This document shows positions 27,901 through 37,900 of a stretch of 64,000 nt of DNA, one piece after another. The translations under genes were made by a program, and so were the position numbers. Position 1 is the first letter of the stretch. Every line of letters begins with the position of its first letter. Origin of the DNA: a virus (lineage: Duplodnaviria > Heunggongvirae > Uroviricota > Caudoviricetes); IMG/VR virus record IMGVR_UViG_3300028840_008157; one strand, written 5' to 3'. Below the pieces are notes generated by a model. The model ran no database searches. It was not told the origin of the DNA and saw only the letters and a list, made by a program, of their open reading frames with translations.

Positions 27901-28421
27901 TCTATCTTCTCCCTCACCTCGGCCCTGAGCCGGTCCGGCAACGACGCGATGCTCGTGGAGGCTTGCTGCTCCGCCGCCTTGCGCTCCAGACCCTTGGAGA
28001 TTGTCAGCCTCGTCGCCACCGCCTCGCGGCTGATCCACGGCAGTGCGCATACGGAGACCCCGTCGAGAACCTGGTGAACCCCTGGTTTTCTGATAATGGT
28101 GATCCACGGGCAGCCTTCCAGAGGGGATAGCGCGTCCTTCTCGAGGGCCGGCCCGATGTCGTGGTTGCCGTAGATGAGGAGGAGCGGAACGCGCTCCTCC
28201 TTGTCCATGAAGGGCTCCATGAAGGCGTTGTATATGGTCCCGACGGTCTTCTCCTTGCCCGCGACGTTGACGTGGTCGAAGATGTCCCCGGCGCAGGCGA
28301 TTAGGTCGACCTCGGTCTTGTGGGCGTAGGCTACGAGCCTGTCCCATGCCTCGGCGATGTCCGCCAGCTTCTTGTCCCTGAAATGTATGTCCCCGACGAG
28401 GATGATCTTTTTCTTGCTCAT
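24963..28421 (-). CDS. Fused SbcD (Mre11-like nuclease)-SbcC (Rad50-like ABC ATPase)
   Basis: GDIH, GDIFD, GNHD and GHIH phosphoesterase motifs, then GPNGSGKTT, coiled coil with CKTC hook, YSGGE, LVMDE and ISHH in one ORF. Confidence 0.9.
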   Translation of the reverse strand: MSKKKIILVGDIHFRDKKLADIAEAWDRLVAYAHKTEVDLIACAGDIFDHVNVAGKEKTVGTIYNAFMEPFMDKEERVPLLLIYGNHDIGPALEKDALSPLEGCPWITIIRKPGVHQVLDGVSVCALPWISREAVATRLTISKGLERKAAEQQASTSIASLPDRLRAEVREKIDEGDFVFFLGHLEVTGAILNNGQVQANGPFEFDPPTLASIGASVYGLGHIHGRQPIPGLPRANDGYLGTLCQLSFGEEGNWSGCRLLEVDGQEVVSDTWLENKNSPKYLTVDTLEDLSRRDNDYVKLRCEDRPEILPDGVVFEKVVVNRERRVANDLSADDPMKTLIEAWRKSSKCEVPIEKLCEGEESLRSELGAYGDAIGSLDSIDSIILDNITCHDHLELELPAGITAIEGPNGSGKTTVVEAPLVALYGRSPTRSVASLVSQGKSDGRIEVAFSSGGKKYVAIREIKVTPKSSSTKAFLKDEDGETIAGPKVEEVESRCAALVGDVRMVMSGIFSSQEDASQKGNMACGLVDVGAAERKELFAKLLGTHRLIEMSVLAKKRAQASEAAAQSSAETIRRLEEGLSSEEEDASELDKAKGDEKRIKGEIEKAKSSLDSAKEGLADIEALNKERTEAIKEKASLESKRDEVTSKARDLKAKRDALQEVDPSILSERVKEARKAETDLAKAEAEVEKYNALRQSRLAEIEKIRANADRMEDARKLAHAEAASQALSKSEESRKERAIGRKKLEDMRQDTVVKMEKLKGRLAEARKKVELLEGFPDAEICKTCSFAKDGLESRSRIDDFERAIPRGEAILSQADDQISSYDEETERISDALVKAPPIEGWQPEVVKEIEAIRADADKKEKGIPSPPEGLLESMEELKKRCSSLADMEVELAKAEKAKEDVAAMTSEIAELKGKFDELSKLIGDIKIPDRVDDSTSIALVKTLSEEVERKTSELSEANKLVGQWEARVEENARKRGQISEISAKKKDHEERAEVMSALFAAFGRDGIPQLIVDGVLPRFQEIMAEMLSGFGKGWAIRVNSQRATKSGTVHEAIDILIDSGFGERDISTYSGGEKKILKGIVRVAFATLQAERTGKGLKVLVMDEATDHMDDENAETTIRMLRTLKCFNQVIVISHHTRVLGEIIHRVRMGQ

Positions 28422-28475
28422 GCGCGCTCCTTGGATAAGATGATACGTCGTCGAAGGCAGAAAGGTCGCACGCGC

Positions 28476-29066
28476 ATGAAGGACATGGTCAAGATAGGCA
28501 ACGACAAGATGGGGCCGAACGTCATGACGTTCAGCCTGCCGCCGGTCATTACATGCAGGCCATCCAAGTGGTGCCTGAAGGGCCGCGATGGGAAGCCTCG
28601 TTGTTACGCGCTACGAGGCAGGATGACATGGCCGAACGTAACCCGCTCCTTTCGACGTAATTACGAAGCGAGCAAGAAGCCAAACTTCGTGGACCGAATC
28701 GTTTCCGAGATCGAGGAAAAAGGACTCCCGTATTTCAGGATTCACGTGGCCGGAGACTTCTACAGCGCGTCCTACGCCAGAAAATGGATCGAGATCGCCA
28801 ACCGATGCCCCGGCGTCCTGTTCCGAACGACGACGCGTCGCGTGGACCACGTCAAATGGATGTACAAGCTCGACAAGCTACCCAACATGAGCGTCCGTGA
28901 ATCCATCGACCCGATCAGCCCCGTCCCGAAGACCAAGCTACGCGTGGCATCCGCCGGCGTCGTCCTCCCGATACGCAAGAAGATCATGTGCCAGGACGAC
29001 TGCGAGCAATGCGGGCATCGTTGCTGGACGAGCCCGAACATGGACGAGGTATTCGAGGAGTATTGA
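28476..29066 (+). CDS. Phage Gp88-like protein
   Basis: FSLP..TC, CYA, FRIH.AGDF and C-terminal C..DC..C..C. Confidence 0.65.
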   Translation: MKDMVKIGNDKMGPNVMTFSLPPVITCRPSKWCLKGRDGKPRCYALRGRMTWPNVTRSFRRNYEASKKPNFVDRIVSEIEEKGLPYFRIHVAGDFYSASYARKWIEIANRCPGVLFRTTTRRVDHVKWMYKLDKLPNMSVRESIDPISPVPKTKLRVASAGVVLPIRKKIMCQDDCEQCGHRCWTSPNMDEVFEEY

Positions 29067-29127
29067 TTTGGGTCACGAAGACATCCCCCCATGCAGGAGC
29101 GTCCACGCCACGGGCGGTGGGCTTACC

Positions 29128-29523
29128 ATGACCGCGCTAAACTACGCCATCGAGATCATCGAGAAGGAAGGGGGGACCATCGAGGAGATCGCCTTGGGAA
29201 CCTGGGCGGCGGTCGAGTTTTGCAAATTACGGGGATGGCCGATACGCCCATCGATCGACGACCTCGCCCATGTCACGGAGAAGCCGTCCAGGATAAAGAT
29301 GCTCCCGATCAGATTCGGGATCGCCACCAACGAGCTAGGGGAGGTCGTCAGCGATTCGTATAAAACCCCGGAAAGGGACTTCGTCGCGAGGCTCGAAAAG
29401 TCGTTGCCCGATAACGTGGTGGTAATCTACCCGAAATCCAGCGTCGGGTTCTCCAGGCGCTCGATTGGTCCGTTCTATGGAGGAACGCCGACGAAGGTCG
29501 TCATCACGAGCGAACGCGAGTAA
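29128..29523 (+). CDS. Hypothetical protein
   Basis: ORF in a + strand run; start uncertain. Confidence 0.5.
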   Translation: MTALNYAIEIIEKEGGTIEEIALGTWAAVEFCKLRGWPIRPSIDDLAHVTEKPSRIKMLPIRFGIATNELGEVVSDSYKTPERDFVARLEKSLPDNVVVIYPKSSVGFSRRSIGPFYGGTPTKVVITSERE

Positions 29524-29532
29524 GGAGTAAAA

Positions 29533-29748
29533 ATGGAAGACATCGACAAGGAGCTCGACGAACTCATCGAGGAAATCCAAGGAGTAGCTCGTAACGCCGG
29601 GGGAACGTTCACGCCCTACGAGGAGACCAACCAGGTCGAGCAATTGCGGTGGAGCATCGAGGAGACGGCGGGATGCGTGGAAAAGCTCGCCAGGATCGTC
29701 AAGAAGATGCGCGAGGGCGATCCGAACATATTCGAGGAGGAAGAATGA
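29533..29748 (+). CDS. Small acidic hypothetical protein
   Basis: TAAGGAG RBS; 71 aa. Confidence 0.7.
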   Translation: MEDIDKELDELIEEIQGVARNAGGTFTPYEETNQVEQLRWSIEETAGCVEKLARIVKKMREGDPNIFEEEE

Positions 29749-29969
29749 TCTGGATTGGTTACTCCCTCATGGCTCTTCTGATCATCGGGGGCTTCGTGGG
29801 GTGGCGCTTGGAAGTTCGTGATTGGAACGGCGGCTATTGTCGTTGCGGCAACAAATGGGAATACTTCGACACGAACAGCCAGGGAGGACGAGGGTATAAA
29901 TGTCGTGATTGCGGGGCTTACGTCTGGATTTCATGGCCAAGGGTGGATTCTACTTACGAGTCTTCTTAG
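29745..29969 (+). CDS. Small membrane-anchored zinc-ribbon protein
   Basis: GAGGAGG RBS; ATGA overlap; hydrophobic N-terminus; WNGG.C.CG...SQGGRGY.C..C. Confidence 0.65.
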   Translation: MIWIGYSLMALLIIGGFVGWRLEVRDWNGGYCRCGNKWEYFDTNSQGGRGYKCRDCGAYVWISWPRVDSTYESS

Positions 29970-30351
29970 ACTTGATCCGCTTCAGACACCATTCCGGGCG
30001 AGACTTGACGTCCTTCTCCCAAAACCTGTAGACCGACCATCCCATGCGGCGCAGCCTCCTGTCCACGCGCTTGTCGCGCCGGACGTTGTTGCTGATCTTG
30101 GCCCGCCAGAACGGGCTGAGGGCCATCAGGTCGGTATCCTTGCCGTGCCAGAACTCGCCATCGACGAAGACGATGAGTTTCTTGCCGGGGATGACGAAGT
30201 CGGGCGTGCCCGGCATCCCCCGGACGTTCCTCTTGTACTTGATCTTCGCCGACGAAAGGATCCGCGCCATGGCCTTCTCGGGCTTCGTGTCCTTGCCCTT
30301 TATGAGGGACATGCGCTTGCTTCGTTCGGCCGGCGTCAGGAAGTCGGGCAT
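29950..30351 (-). CDS. vsr: Very short patch repair endonuclease
   Basis: D...AERS.RMS.I..KDTKPE, PGTPDFV, FVDGEFWHG, KI..N..RD and GW....WE motifs. Confidence 0.9.
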   Translation of the reverse strand: MPDFLTPAERSKRMSLIKGKDTKPEKAMARILSSAKIKYKRNVRGMPGTPDFVIPGKKLIVFVDGEFWHGKDTDLMALSPFWRAKISNNVRRDKRVDRRLRRMGWSVYRFWEKDVKSRPEWCLKRIKSKKTRK

Positions 30352-32840
30352 TCCTTCGTCTCCTCCCGTGGCTTCTTCGGGCGAGACTTCTTCGGTTTCT
30401 TGACGGAGAACGACAACTCCTCGTCGTCCTTCTTGGACACGGTCACGACGCATCCGAACTCGAGCTGCTCCTTGAGCATCATCTCCCCGAACTGGTCTTC
30501 GACGTGTAGCTCGATGGCGCGCCTCAACGGCCTAGCGCCCATGTCGGGGTTGAAGCCCTTCTCGAACAGCCACTCCTTCGCCTCCTTCTCGACGACCATC
30601 GCGACGCCATGCTCGTCCAGGACGCGCTGGAACTTGGACAGCTCGAGGTCGATGATATTGAAGATGTCATCCTTGCTCAGGGCGCGGAACACGACCACGT
30701 CATCCAGCCGGTTGATGAACTCCGGCCTGAACACCTTCTCCATCTCCTGCTTGAGCGTCGACTTCATCTGCTCGTGAGACGCGGTGGGGTCCTTCTTGCC
30801 GAACCCCAGCGAACCCTGTCCCTTGATGGCTTGCGCCCCGACGTTGGACGTCATGATGATGATGGTGTTCCTGAAGTCGACCGTCCTGCCGAGGCCGTCC
30901 GTCATGCGGCCGTCCTCCATAACCTGTAGGAGGACGTTAAAGACGTCGTAATGCGCCTTCTCGATCTCGTCCAGGAGGATGACCGAGAACGGTCGCCTGC
31001 GGACGCGTTCGGTGAGCTGTCCGCCCTCCTCGTAGCCGACATACCCCGGAGGAGCCCCCATCAGCCTGCTGACGGTATGCTTCTCCATGTACTCGGACAT
31101 GTCGACCTGGACAAGCGCGTCCTCCGAGCCGAACATCTGCTCGGCGAGCGTCTTCGCCATGAGCGTCTTGCCTACGCCAGTCGGGCCCATGAAGAGGAAG
31201 CAGGCGATAGGTCGCTTGATGGGTCGAAGCCCGGAGCGTCCCCTCCGGACGGCCCTCGAGACGGCCTCGATGGCCTCCTTCTGCGAGATGATGCTCTTGC
31301 TCATCTCCTCGCCTAGCTTCAGGACCTTCTCGGCCTCGGACCCGGAGACGCGTTGCAACGGGACGCCGCTGATCATCGAGACGACCTCGCGGACGACCTC
31401 CTCATTGACCTCGCCCGTCAGGTCGGGCTCGTTCATGGTCGCCGCGCTGAGCCTGTTGCGCAGGCTAGTCAACTTCTCGATCCTGTCCCTGTATTCGGCC
31501 GCCAGCTCGAACTTCTGGTTGGCGACCGACTTCTGCTTCATCTCGTCCATCATGAGGCGCAGGTCTTCCAGCGCCTTCAGTTCCGCTCCATAGACCGACC
31601 CGGAGACGAGCAGCCTGAGCCTCGCGCCGGCCTCGTCGATGACGTCGATGGCCTTGTCCGGCAGGAACCTGGACGTGACGTAGCGGTTGCTTAGCCTCAC
31701 GGACTCCGTCAGGGCGTCGTCCGTGATGGATACCTTGTGGAAGTCCTCGTAATGTTTTCTCAAGCCCTCCAGGATGGCGATGGCGTGCTTCTCGTCGGGC
31801 TCGTTGACGACGATCGGCTGGAACCTGCGATCCAGCGCGGAGTCCTTCTCGATGTACTTGCGGTACTCGTCCATCGTCGTCGCGCCGACGCATTGCAGCT
31901 CGCCGCGCGCGAGGGCGGGCTTGAGCGTGTTCGCCGCGTCAACGGCCCCCTCGGCGTTGCCGGCTCCGACCAGGGTATGGAGCTCGTCGATGAACAGGAC
32001 GACGTTCTTGACGCGTGCGATCTCGCCCATGACGGCCTTGAGCCGCTCCTCGAACTGGCCGCGATACTTGGTCCCGGCGATCATGGCCGCCAAATCTAGC
32101 TCGATGACGCGCTTGCCCATCAGGGCCCGCGGAGCCTCGCCGCGGGAGATCATCTGCGCGAGTCCCTCCACGATGGCCGTCTTGCCGACACCGGCATCCC
32201 CGATCAAGACGGGGTTGTTCTTGCGCCTGCGCATGAGGACCTGAAGGACGCGCTTCGTTTCCGTGACCCTGCCGATGACCGGGTCGAGCTTCCCTTCCGT
32301 GGCGAGCTTCGTCAGGTCGCGTCCGAACGCGTCGAGCGCGGGCGTCTTTGACCGCTCCTTCTTCGACTTGCCCGAGGCGCCCTCCTCCTTGTCCTCCGTC
32401 TTGGAATCCGGCGAGACGTACCGCATGATGGATTCCTTGACATCCTCCATGTTGACGCCGAGGTTGTTGAGGACGGAACAGGCGATCCCTTCCGAGTCGC
32501 GTAGTATGCCCAACAGTATGTGCTCGGTCCCCACGTAGGTAGCCCCGAGGGCCACGGCCTCCCGCTGGGCCAGTGTCAATACCTGCTTAAGCCGTGGGGT
32601 CAGCGGAAGGTCGCCGATGGTCTCGACGTTGGAGGCCGGGGTGGTCTGTCGGACGACCTCCATCTTTACCTTGTCGTACTCGACGTTCATGCCCTCCAAG
32701 GCGTCCTTCGCGACGCCTTCCACCCTGAGTATGCCCAGGAGGACGTGCTCCGTGCCTATGTAGTCGTGTCCCATGTCCTTGGACTCTTCTCGGGCCAGGG
32801 AAATGGACTTGCGGGCGGTTTCCGTGAACTTGTCAAGCAT
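30336..32840 (-). CDS. clpC: ATP-dependent Clp protease ATPase subunit (ClpC type)
   Basis: Two Clp N-repeats (GTEH.LLG), AAA1 [11 protein letters not shown]-like middle domain, AAA2 [11 protein letters not shown] loop, GARPLRR. Confidence 0.93.
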   Translation of the reverse strand: MLDKFTETARKSISLAREESKDMGHDYIGTEHVLLGILRVEGVAKDALEGMNVEYDKVKMEVVRQTTPASNVETIGDLPLTPRLKQVLTLAQREAVALGATYVGTEHILLGILRDSEGIACSVLNNLGVNMEDVKESIMRYVSPDSKTEDKEEGASGKSKKERSKTPALDAFGRDLTKLATEGKLDPVIGRVTETKRVLQVLMRRRKNNPVLIGDAGVGKTAIVEGLAQMISRGEAPRALMGKRVIELDLAAMIAGTKYRGQFEERLKAVMGEIARVKNVVLFIDELHTLVGAGNAEGAVDAANTLKPALARGELQCVGATTMDEYRKYIEKDSALDRRFQPIVVNEPDEKHAIAILEGLRKHYEDFHKVSITDDALTESVRLSNRYVTSRFLPDKAIDVIDEAGARLRLLVSGSVYGAELKALEDLRLMMDEMKQKSVANQKFELAAEYRDRIEKLTSLRNRLSAATMNEPDLTGEVNEEVVREVVSMISGVPLQRVSGSEAEKVLKLGEEMSKSIISQKEAIEAVSRAVRRGRSGLRPIKRPIACFLFMGPTGVGKTLMAKTLAEQMFGSEDALVQVDMSEYMEKHTVSRLMGAPPGYVGYEEGGQLTERVRRRPFSVILLDEIEKAHYDVFNVLLQVMEDGRMTDGLGRTVDFRNTIIIMTSNVGAQAIKGQGSLGFGKKDPTASHEQMKSTLKQEMEKVFRPEFINRLDDVVVFRALSKDDIFNIIDLELSKFQRVLDEHGVAMVVEKEAKEWLFEKGFNPDMGARPLRRAIELHVEDQFGEMMLKEQLEFGCVVTVSKKDDEELSFSVKKPKKSRPKKPREETKECPTS

Positions 32841-33150
32841 CTTTCATCTTCCCCATTGAGTTCCACATCGGATGCGTTTCGTCAGCCGATTCCGGGAGGG
32901 GTACCTCGATCTCCTGGTCATGATGACGGACGAGTATCTGGTCTATGATCTCTGGAGTCAGCTCGACGACCCAGAACTTGCGTTCCTGGCGCAGTATGCC
33001 AGACACGATGGCCGGAAAACGCCTGCCATCATGGCATAACTCTATTATTTCCCATGGTTTTAGGTTATCGAACTTGGCGTTCAGGAGCTCGAACGCCTCA
33101 TCCTTCGTCAGAACCTTCGGCATCTCGCGCTCCTCCTCCATGTTCATCAT
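32833..33150 (-). CDS. Hypothetical protein
   Basis: 105-aa ORF overlapping the clpC start; GAGG upstream. Confidence 0.55.
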   Translation of the reverse strand: MMNMEEEREMPKVLTKDEAFELLNAKFDNLKPWEIIELCHDGRRFPAIVSGILRQERKFWVVELTPEIIDQILVRHHDQEIEVPLPESADETHPMWNSMGKMKDA

Positions 33151-33403
33151 ACCTCTGGATGGGGATCGCGCAAGACGTTTTGAGGAATTTGCAGTGTGCG
33201 TGCAGCCACGCGATGGTCGCGTCCGGGTCGGCGGACATGCTCTCCAGCCCGGCTGGGATGCCCGACCTGTTGTTCGGTCCGGACTTCCATTTCCTGAGCC
33301 ACAGGTACTCCTCGCGGGGCATGGACATGTCGGTCCGGTAGTTCTCCGGGACCGTGGCCCGCGTCCTGGTACGCTTCTTTTTCCTGAGCTTCTTCCGCCT
33401 CAT
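33098..33403 (-). CDS. Hypothetical basic protein
   Basis: ATG preceded by AAGG and by the promoter motif at 33413-33437. Confidence 0.45.
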   Translation of the reverse strand: MRRKKLRKKKRTRTRATVPENYRTDMSMPREEYLWLRKWKSGPNNRSGIPAGLESMSADPDATIAWLHAHCKFLKTSCAIPIQRYDEHGGGARDAEGSDEG

Positions 33404-33412
33404 ACCTTACTT

Positions 33413-33483
33413 TTCGGAGACGCCTGGTCCCCGTCCTTTCCACGCGCCGTATGATCAAAGGGACGGGGTCGAGGGATGTAGAA
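33413..33483. promoter_or_regulatory. Back-to-back divergent sigma-H-like promoters
   Basis: AGG-N19-GAA at 33437..33413 (-) and 33459..33483 (+). Confidence 0.6.
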
Positions 33484-33503
33484 ATCCACAATGGAGGATA
33501 AGA

Positions 33504-33773
33504 ATGGGTTGTCCCTCGTGTTCTAGGTCGAGAAAAGACCCGCAACCCGTCCGGAATTACGTTCCGCCGGCCCCGGCAAAAAGATCGACGGCCCCTAAGC
33601 CGGTCCCGCAGATCATCAGCGTGGCGGCCCGGGAGAGGCATGCCGAACGGATTTGCGAGAAATGCGGATGGATGTGGAAGCGCATCAGGTACATCGACGT
33701 GAAGACGAGCACCATCGTGGAGAAGTTCTGTTGCCCGAACAGGCATTGTACTGAGTTCCAGGTCGAGAAATGA
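33504..33773 (+). CDS. Small Cys-rich zinc-finger protein
   Basis: GGAGG RBS; MGCPSC, CEKC and CCPNRHC. Confidence 0.65.
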   Translation: MGCPSCSRSRKDPQPVRNYVPPAPAKRSTAPKPVPQIISVAARERHAERICEKCGWMWKRIRYIDVKTSTIVEKFCCPNRHCTEFQVEK

Positions 33774-34213
33774 ACGAGACGTTGGAATCGCTGGTTTGGA
33801 CGTTGAACGTCCTCATTTGGACCGGGTTGTCGTCTCTGGCGATCGACAACGTGACCAGCATCTTGACGTCCGTCGACCTCCTGGAAAGGCCGCGCTTGTG
33901 GTTCGCGAGCAAGTTGCCCAGGCTCGCGAATCTCGCGAGCTGCGCCTTCTGCCAGTCATGGTGGCTATGCTTCCCGACTGGTATTTCAGTGGTCTATTTT
34001 CCGGACGCCCGCGTCGTCCAGGCTTTCATCGTCGCCATGGTCATTCACCGCGTCAGTCAATTCCTGTACGAGTTCTTCGATCGTTACCTCAACAGGGCTC
34101 CGATGAACCTGTTCGCGACGGTCGTCAAGCCTGGATCAGGAGACGAAGTAAAACCCGGACTGGAGGACGGCGGTCCCGAATCGGGTGGTGACGGAGACGT
34201 CGGAAGCCCCTAG
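33770..34213 (+). CDS. Membrane protein, DUF1360-like
   Basis: Hydrophobic helices and L.SC.FC.SWW motif; ATGA overlap. Confidence 0.6.
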   Translation: MNETLESLVWTLNVLIWTGLSSLAIDNVTSILTSVDLLERPRLWFASKLPRLANLASCAFCQSWWLCFPTGISVVYFPDARVVQAFIVAMVIHRVSQFLYEFFDRYLNRAPMNLFATVVKPGSGDEVKPGLEDGGPESGGDGDVGSP

Positions 34214-34951
34214 CGCGTGTTCCGGCGTCAGGCAACGGATGGTCTTCTCGTTGACGATGGACACGTCCGTCGCCACCTCGTCGTCGAACAGGACCTTCGC
34301 GCCGGGATAGAAATGATCCCCCCTGATCGTCACGACTTGTCGGCCGACCGTAGGGCCGACCGGCAGGCTTTCCGCGATGGACCTCACGTCCGTGATCGAC
34401 GGCCCGTCGTCTCCCCTCGGTAGCTCGGCTTCTTGGTCCTTGACGTGCGTTATGTCGTCGGATGGCCCGTCGTACCAGTAGAGCTTCGTTATGAACGGGA
34501 AGAGGTTCCTCGCGTTCCCGTACTTCTTGCTGAACGAATCGAGGATGTAACCGACGTTGTACCACTCGAGGATGTCGATGACGACGTCGGCCGGGATGCC
34601 GGAGCGCCAGGGGTTCGACCTCGGAGTCTCGTCGTCGAAGAAATTCCCCACCAGCGTGACCATGCTGCCCGACGCGAGCAGGACCTTGCTCTCCCACGGC
34701 ATCCCGACGTAGTGAGACGGGCGACTGCAACGATCCTCCTCGAACTTGGCATCGCAGCTCAAGTACATGGGGACCGTTTGCAACTCCGTGTCTCGAGAAT
34801 CGTAGAGAAGGGTCGGGATGCCCCCGGACTCGATGACCATCTGCGCGCCGCTCAGCAGGACGCCGATGCGCTCGTCGTCGTTCCCGGAGACGATGACGAA
34901 CGACCCGCGCCCGAACCCGGACGCCTCGGAGAGGAATTCCGCTGGGGTCAC
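34136..34951 (-). CDS. IPT/TIG (Ig-like) domain protein
   Basis: GTG start overlapping the upstream TGA; C-terminal GP..G...VTI.G..F..GA.V.F....TP.H..G..DV.V. Confidence 0.7.
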   Translation of the reverse strand: MTPAEFLSEASGFGRGSFVIVSGNDDERIGVLLSGAQMVIESGGIPTLLYDSRDTELQTVPMYLSCDAKFEEDRCSRPSHYVGMPWESKVLLASGSMVTLVGNFFDDETPRSNPWRSGIPADVVIDILEWYNVGYILDSFSKKYGNARNLFPFITKLYWYDGPSDDITHVKDQEAELPRGDDGPSITDVRSIAESLPVGPTVGRQVVTIRGDHFYPGAKVLFDDEVATDVSIVNEKTIRCLTPEHALGASDVSVTTRFGTAVLQSGFYFVS

Positions 34952-37900
34952 GAGCTTACCACCATGTTGCCGTCGGACAGCAGCCGCACGTCGTTGAACG
35001 AGGCGAACTGCCCGTAGCCGTATTGGAAGTAGACGTTCCCGTCCTCGTCCATCTTGACGACGCGCCCGCGCCCGACCATGGCGTCGAACGTCTTCTCGAC
35101 GACCAGGAGGTTTCCGGACTCGTCGACCCTGACGTCGGCGCAATAAGAGCCATCGGACGTGTATTGGTCGTAGACGACGCGCCCTGACGCCTTGTGGATG
35201 ATCTTTACGCGCCCGCGATACTCCTCGATGACGTCGTAGTCCGTCTGGGAGGAGGTCGTCCCCGTCTCCGTGGTCGTCGCGGTGGTCGTCGCGGCCGTCG
35301 TCGTAGTAGCCTCCCCTTCCGTCACGGTCTCCGCCGTGGCTCCCTCCGCCAACGGGTCGCCTTCCGTCACGATGGCCGTCGTCCCGGTCGACTCCTGGAC
35401 CGATTGGACGGCGACCGTCTGTTGCGCCGCCGTGGAGGAATCCTGGACGCCTCCCCCCACCGTGGCTACGACGTCCCTGTTGATGGCGTTCGCCACCGAC
35501 GTCGTCGATGGAGGAGCCTCGTCCTTCGTGATGCCGCCGACGGCGACGTGGTTCGCGTCGACCTCGACGGCCGCTCCGATGGACAGGAGGGAGAAGTCGA
35601 CGGAGTCGTCCGAGAACGAGACTTCGCCGGTATCTGGGTCCATCTCCAGGACGGACGTGATCTCGGACCGCCCGACGCCGGTCAAAGGGTCCCCGCCATC
35701 GCTCGTCACGAGCAGCGGCTTGGCGTTCCCGATGAGCCACGTCCCCTCGCTGGTGATCTCGGCGGATATGGGCCTGTGGATTCCGCCCACGTACTTCAGG
35801 TCGCCGACGAATATCTCAAGCCCCCTTGGCCCGACGAGGGCGGCGTAGTTCTCGTTGTCGGGGTTGAACCCGTCCTGGACGGCGCCGTCGTCGATGGCCA
35901 GGAACAAGCGGGAATCGGTTATGTTGGGGGACGCCAGGAAGGACGTCAGCTCGCCGGCGTGCGCGTCGCTCAGGATGACCTTCAGCACGTTGGTCCCGGA
36001 GTCGCCCAGCGCCCCCGCCGGGAGCGAGACCGTGTCGACGCTGGGGGACAGCGTCATGCTGAACCCGGCCCCGCGGATCGTGAACTTGGTCAGGTCGACC
36101 GACTCCGGGGAGACGTTTCTGGACCAGCAGACGTACAGGTGGCCGTCATCCTGGACGTAGGAGGTCGTCAACGGGTAGAGGTCGTTCTCGATGAACCGGA
36201 CGTTGTTGCTTCCGAGCCCCTTGATGATGTTGCCGTCCCGGTCCAGGAGCAATACCCTGTCGTTCATGGCGTCCGCCACGAGGTACGTCCGGTCGTCGAG
36301 TCGCTTGACCGTCGACGCCCCGTCTATGCCGGTGTTGACGGACGTCAGTGTCGCGGCCGCAGCCTGCATGGGCGACAGCGGGAACTCGGAGCCCGTGATC
36401 CCGATGACCGGGACGCCTAGCCGGTCAACCTGTTGGACGCTGTTGTTCGTCCCGTAGTAATAATCCCCCGTGTCGATGCGACCCTCGATCAGGACGTCGC
36501 CCGGGTCCTCCACGATGGCGTTGACGATGCGCGTGGCTCGCAGGAAGTCCTGCGTCGTGGTCACCGTCAAGCCCGCGTCCTCGCTCGTGGTGATGTATGT
36601 CAGCGTTATGGACCGAACCGAGGGGCTCGACGTCTTGGCGGAGTTGGAGAACAACGCCAGCTCGATCTCTACGTTCGTGTTGTCGGGGATGTTCGGCGAC
36701 AATCCCGACACCTCGAAGTAGTCGCCCCACTGGACGGACGTCCCCTGGTCCATGGCCGCGAAATTGGAGGCGCTTCTGGCCCTGGCCTTGATCTGCCCGT
36801 CGTTGATGTCGCCGTCCCACGAGATCGCCGCCCACGTCGACTTCTGGGGCGTCTGTATCCTGAACCTGATGTACCCGTTGGGGTCGAAGAATATCGTGTT
36901 GTTGAGTCGGATGCGGTCGACGTTGCAGACGACCTCCTCGTTGACGTCCCAGCCGAGGGCCGTGTCCGTGTAGAGGCGGATGCCCCATACGGCGTTCCGG
37001 GTCGTCAGCGTGCTTATGTCTCGGATGACGTCCTTGAAGCCCGTCGTGATCTCGCCCGCGTCCAGCAGGATGAAGTCTTCCAGGACGTCGTAGTCCTGCG
37101 TCGCCGAGTTGTAGGGCCCGAGAATCTGGAACCTGATCTGGCCGTGCGTGGTCGACAGGGTTGAGATGGCCACCTCGATCTCGTTGTAACCCGTCCAATC
37201 CTGCGCCTCGTCGAATATCCTGCTCGACCTGAGCTGGAACCCCTGCTCGATCTTGAGCTTGGCCGAGAACGCGCCGTCCACCTTGATCGAGGAGTCGCTG
37301 TTGAAGCTCGAATCGTCGTTCGTCGCCTTGGTCGTCAGGCTCCAGTTCGGGATCGCCACGTCGTTGGCGAAGACGTTGTCGAAACCCTCCACGATGAGCT
37401 CGCTGACGGGCCTCGTCAGTCTCACGTAGTCGTCCCCGTCCGGTTGCGTCAGGATGTCCATGTTCACGCGCGTGACGGCACGACTGAAGTCATAAGCCGA
37501 AGTCCACGTTGTGCTGAGGAGCTGCCCTCCAAGCGAAGGGATGCCCTGGATGGCATGATTATACTTGTCGACGACGGCCGTCGTCGCGACATAATCCGTA
37601 AATGAGTCTGGACTTATGCCAGGTATCAAGGCGAGCAGGTTGGTTGCGTAGGCGTCCACCTCGTCCCAGATATGTTTCATGGCGAGGTAGAGCTGGAGCA
37701 TGTTTATGCCAGCGAGCTCTCCGAGGAGCCTGACGTTCGGGTTGTTCAGGTTGCGGACGAACGTGTCAAGCTGGGCGTGCGTCAGGATGCCGCTGTGGAG
37801 CAGGTCGCTGTGTTCAAGCGTCGGGAGCCTGCCCGGGGAAATCTGCCCGCTCACGATCTTCGACGCGTCGATCCCGTCGACCCTGAAGCCGGGCAACTGC

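Noticed and set aside
34930-34951. TPAEF at the start of the IPT protein also occurs near the start of 52716..53120
   Set aside because: Five residues with no further similarity; probably chance
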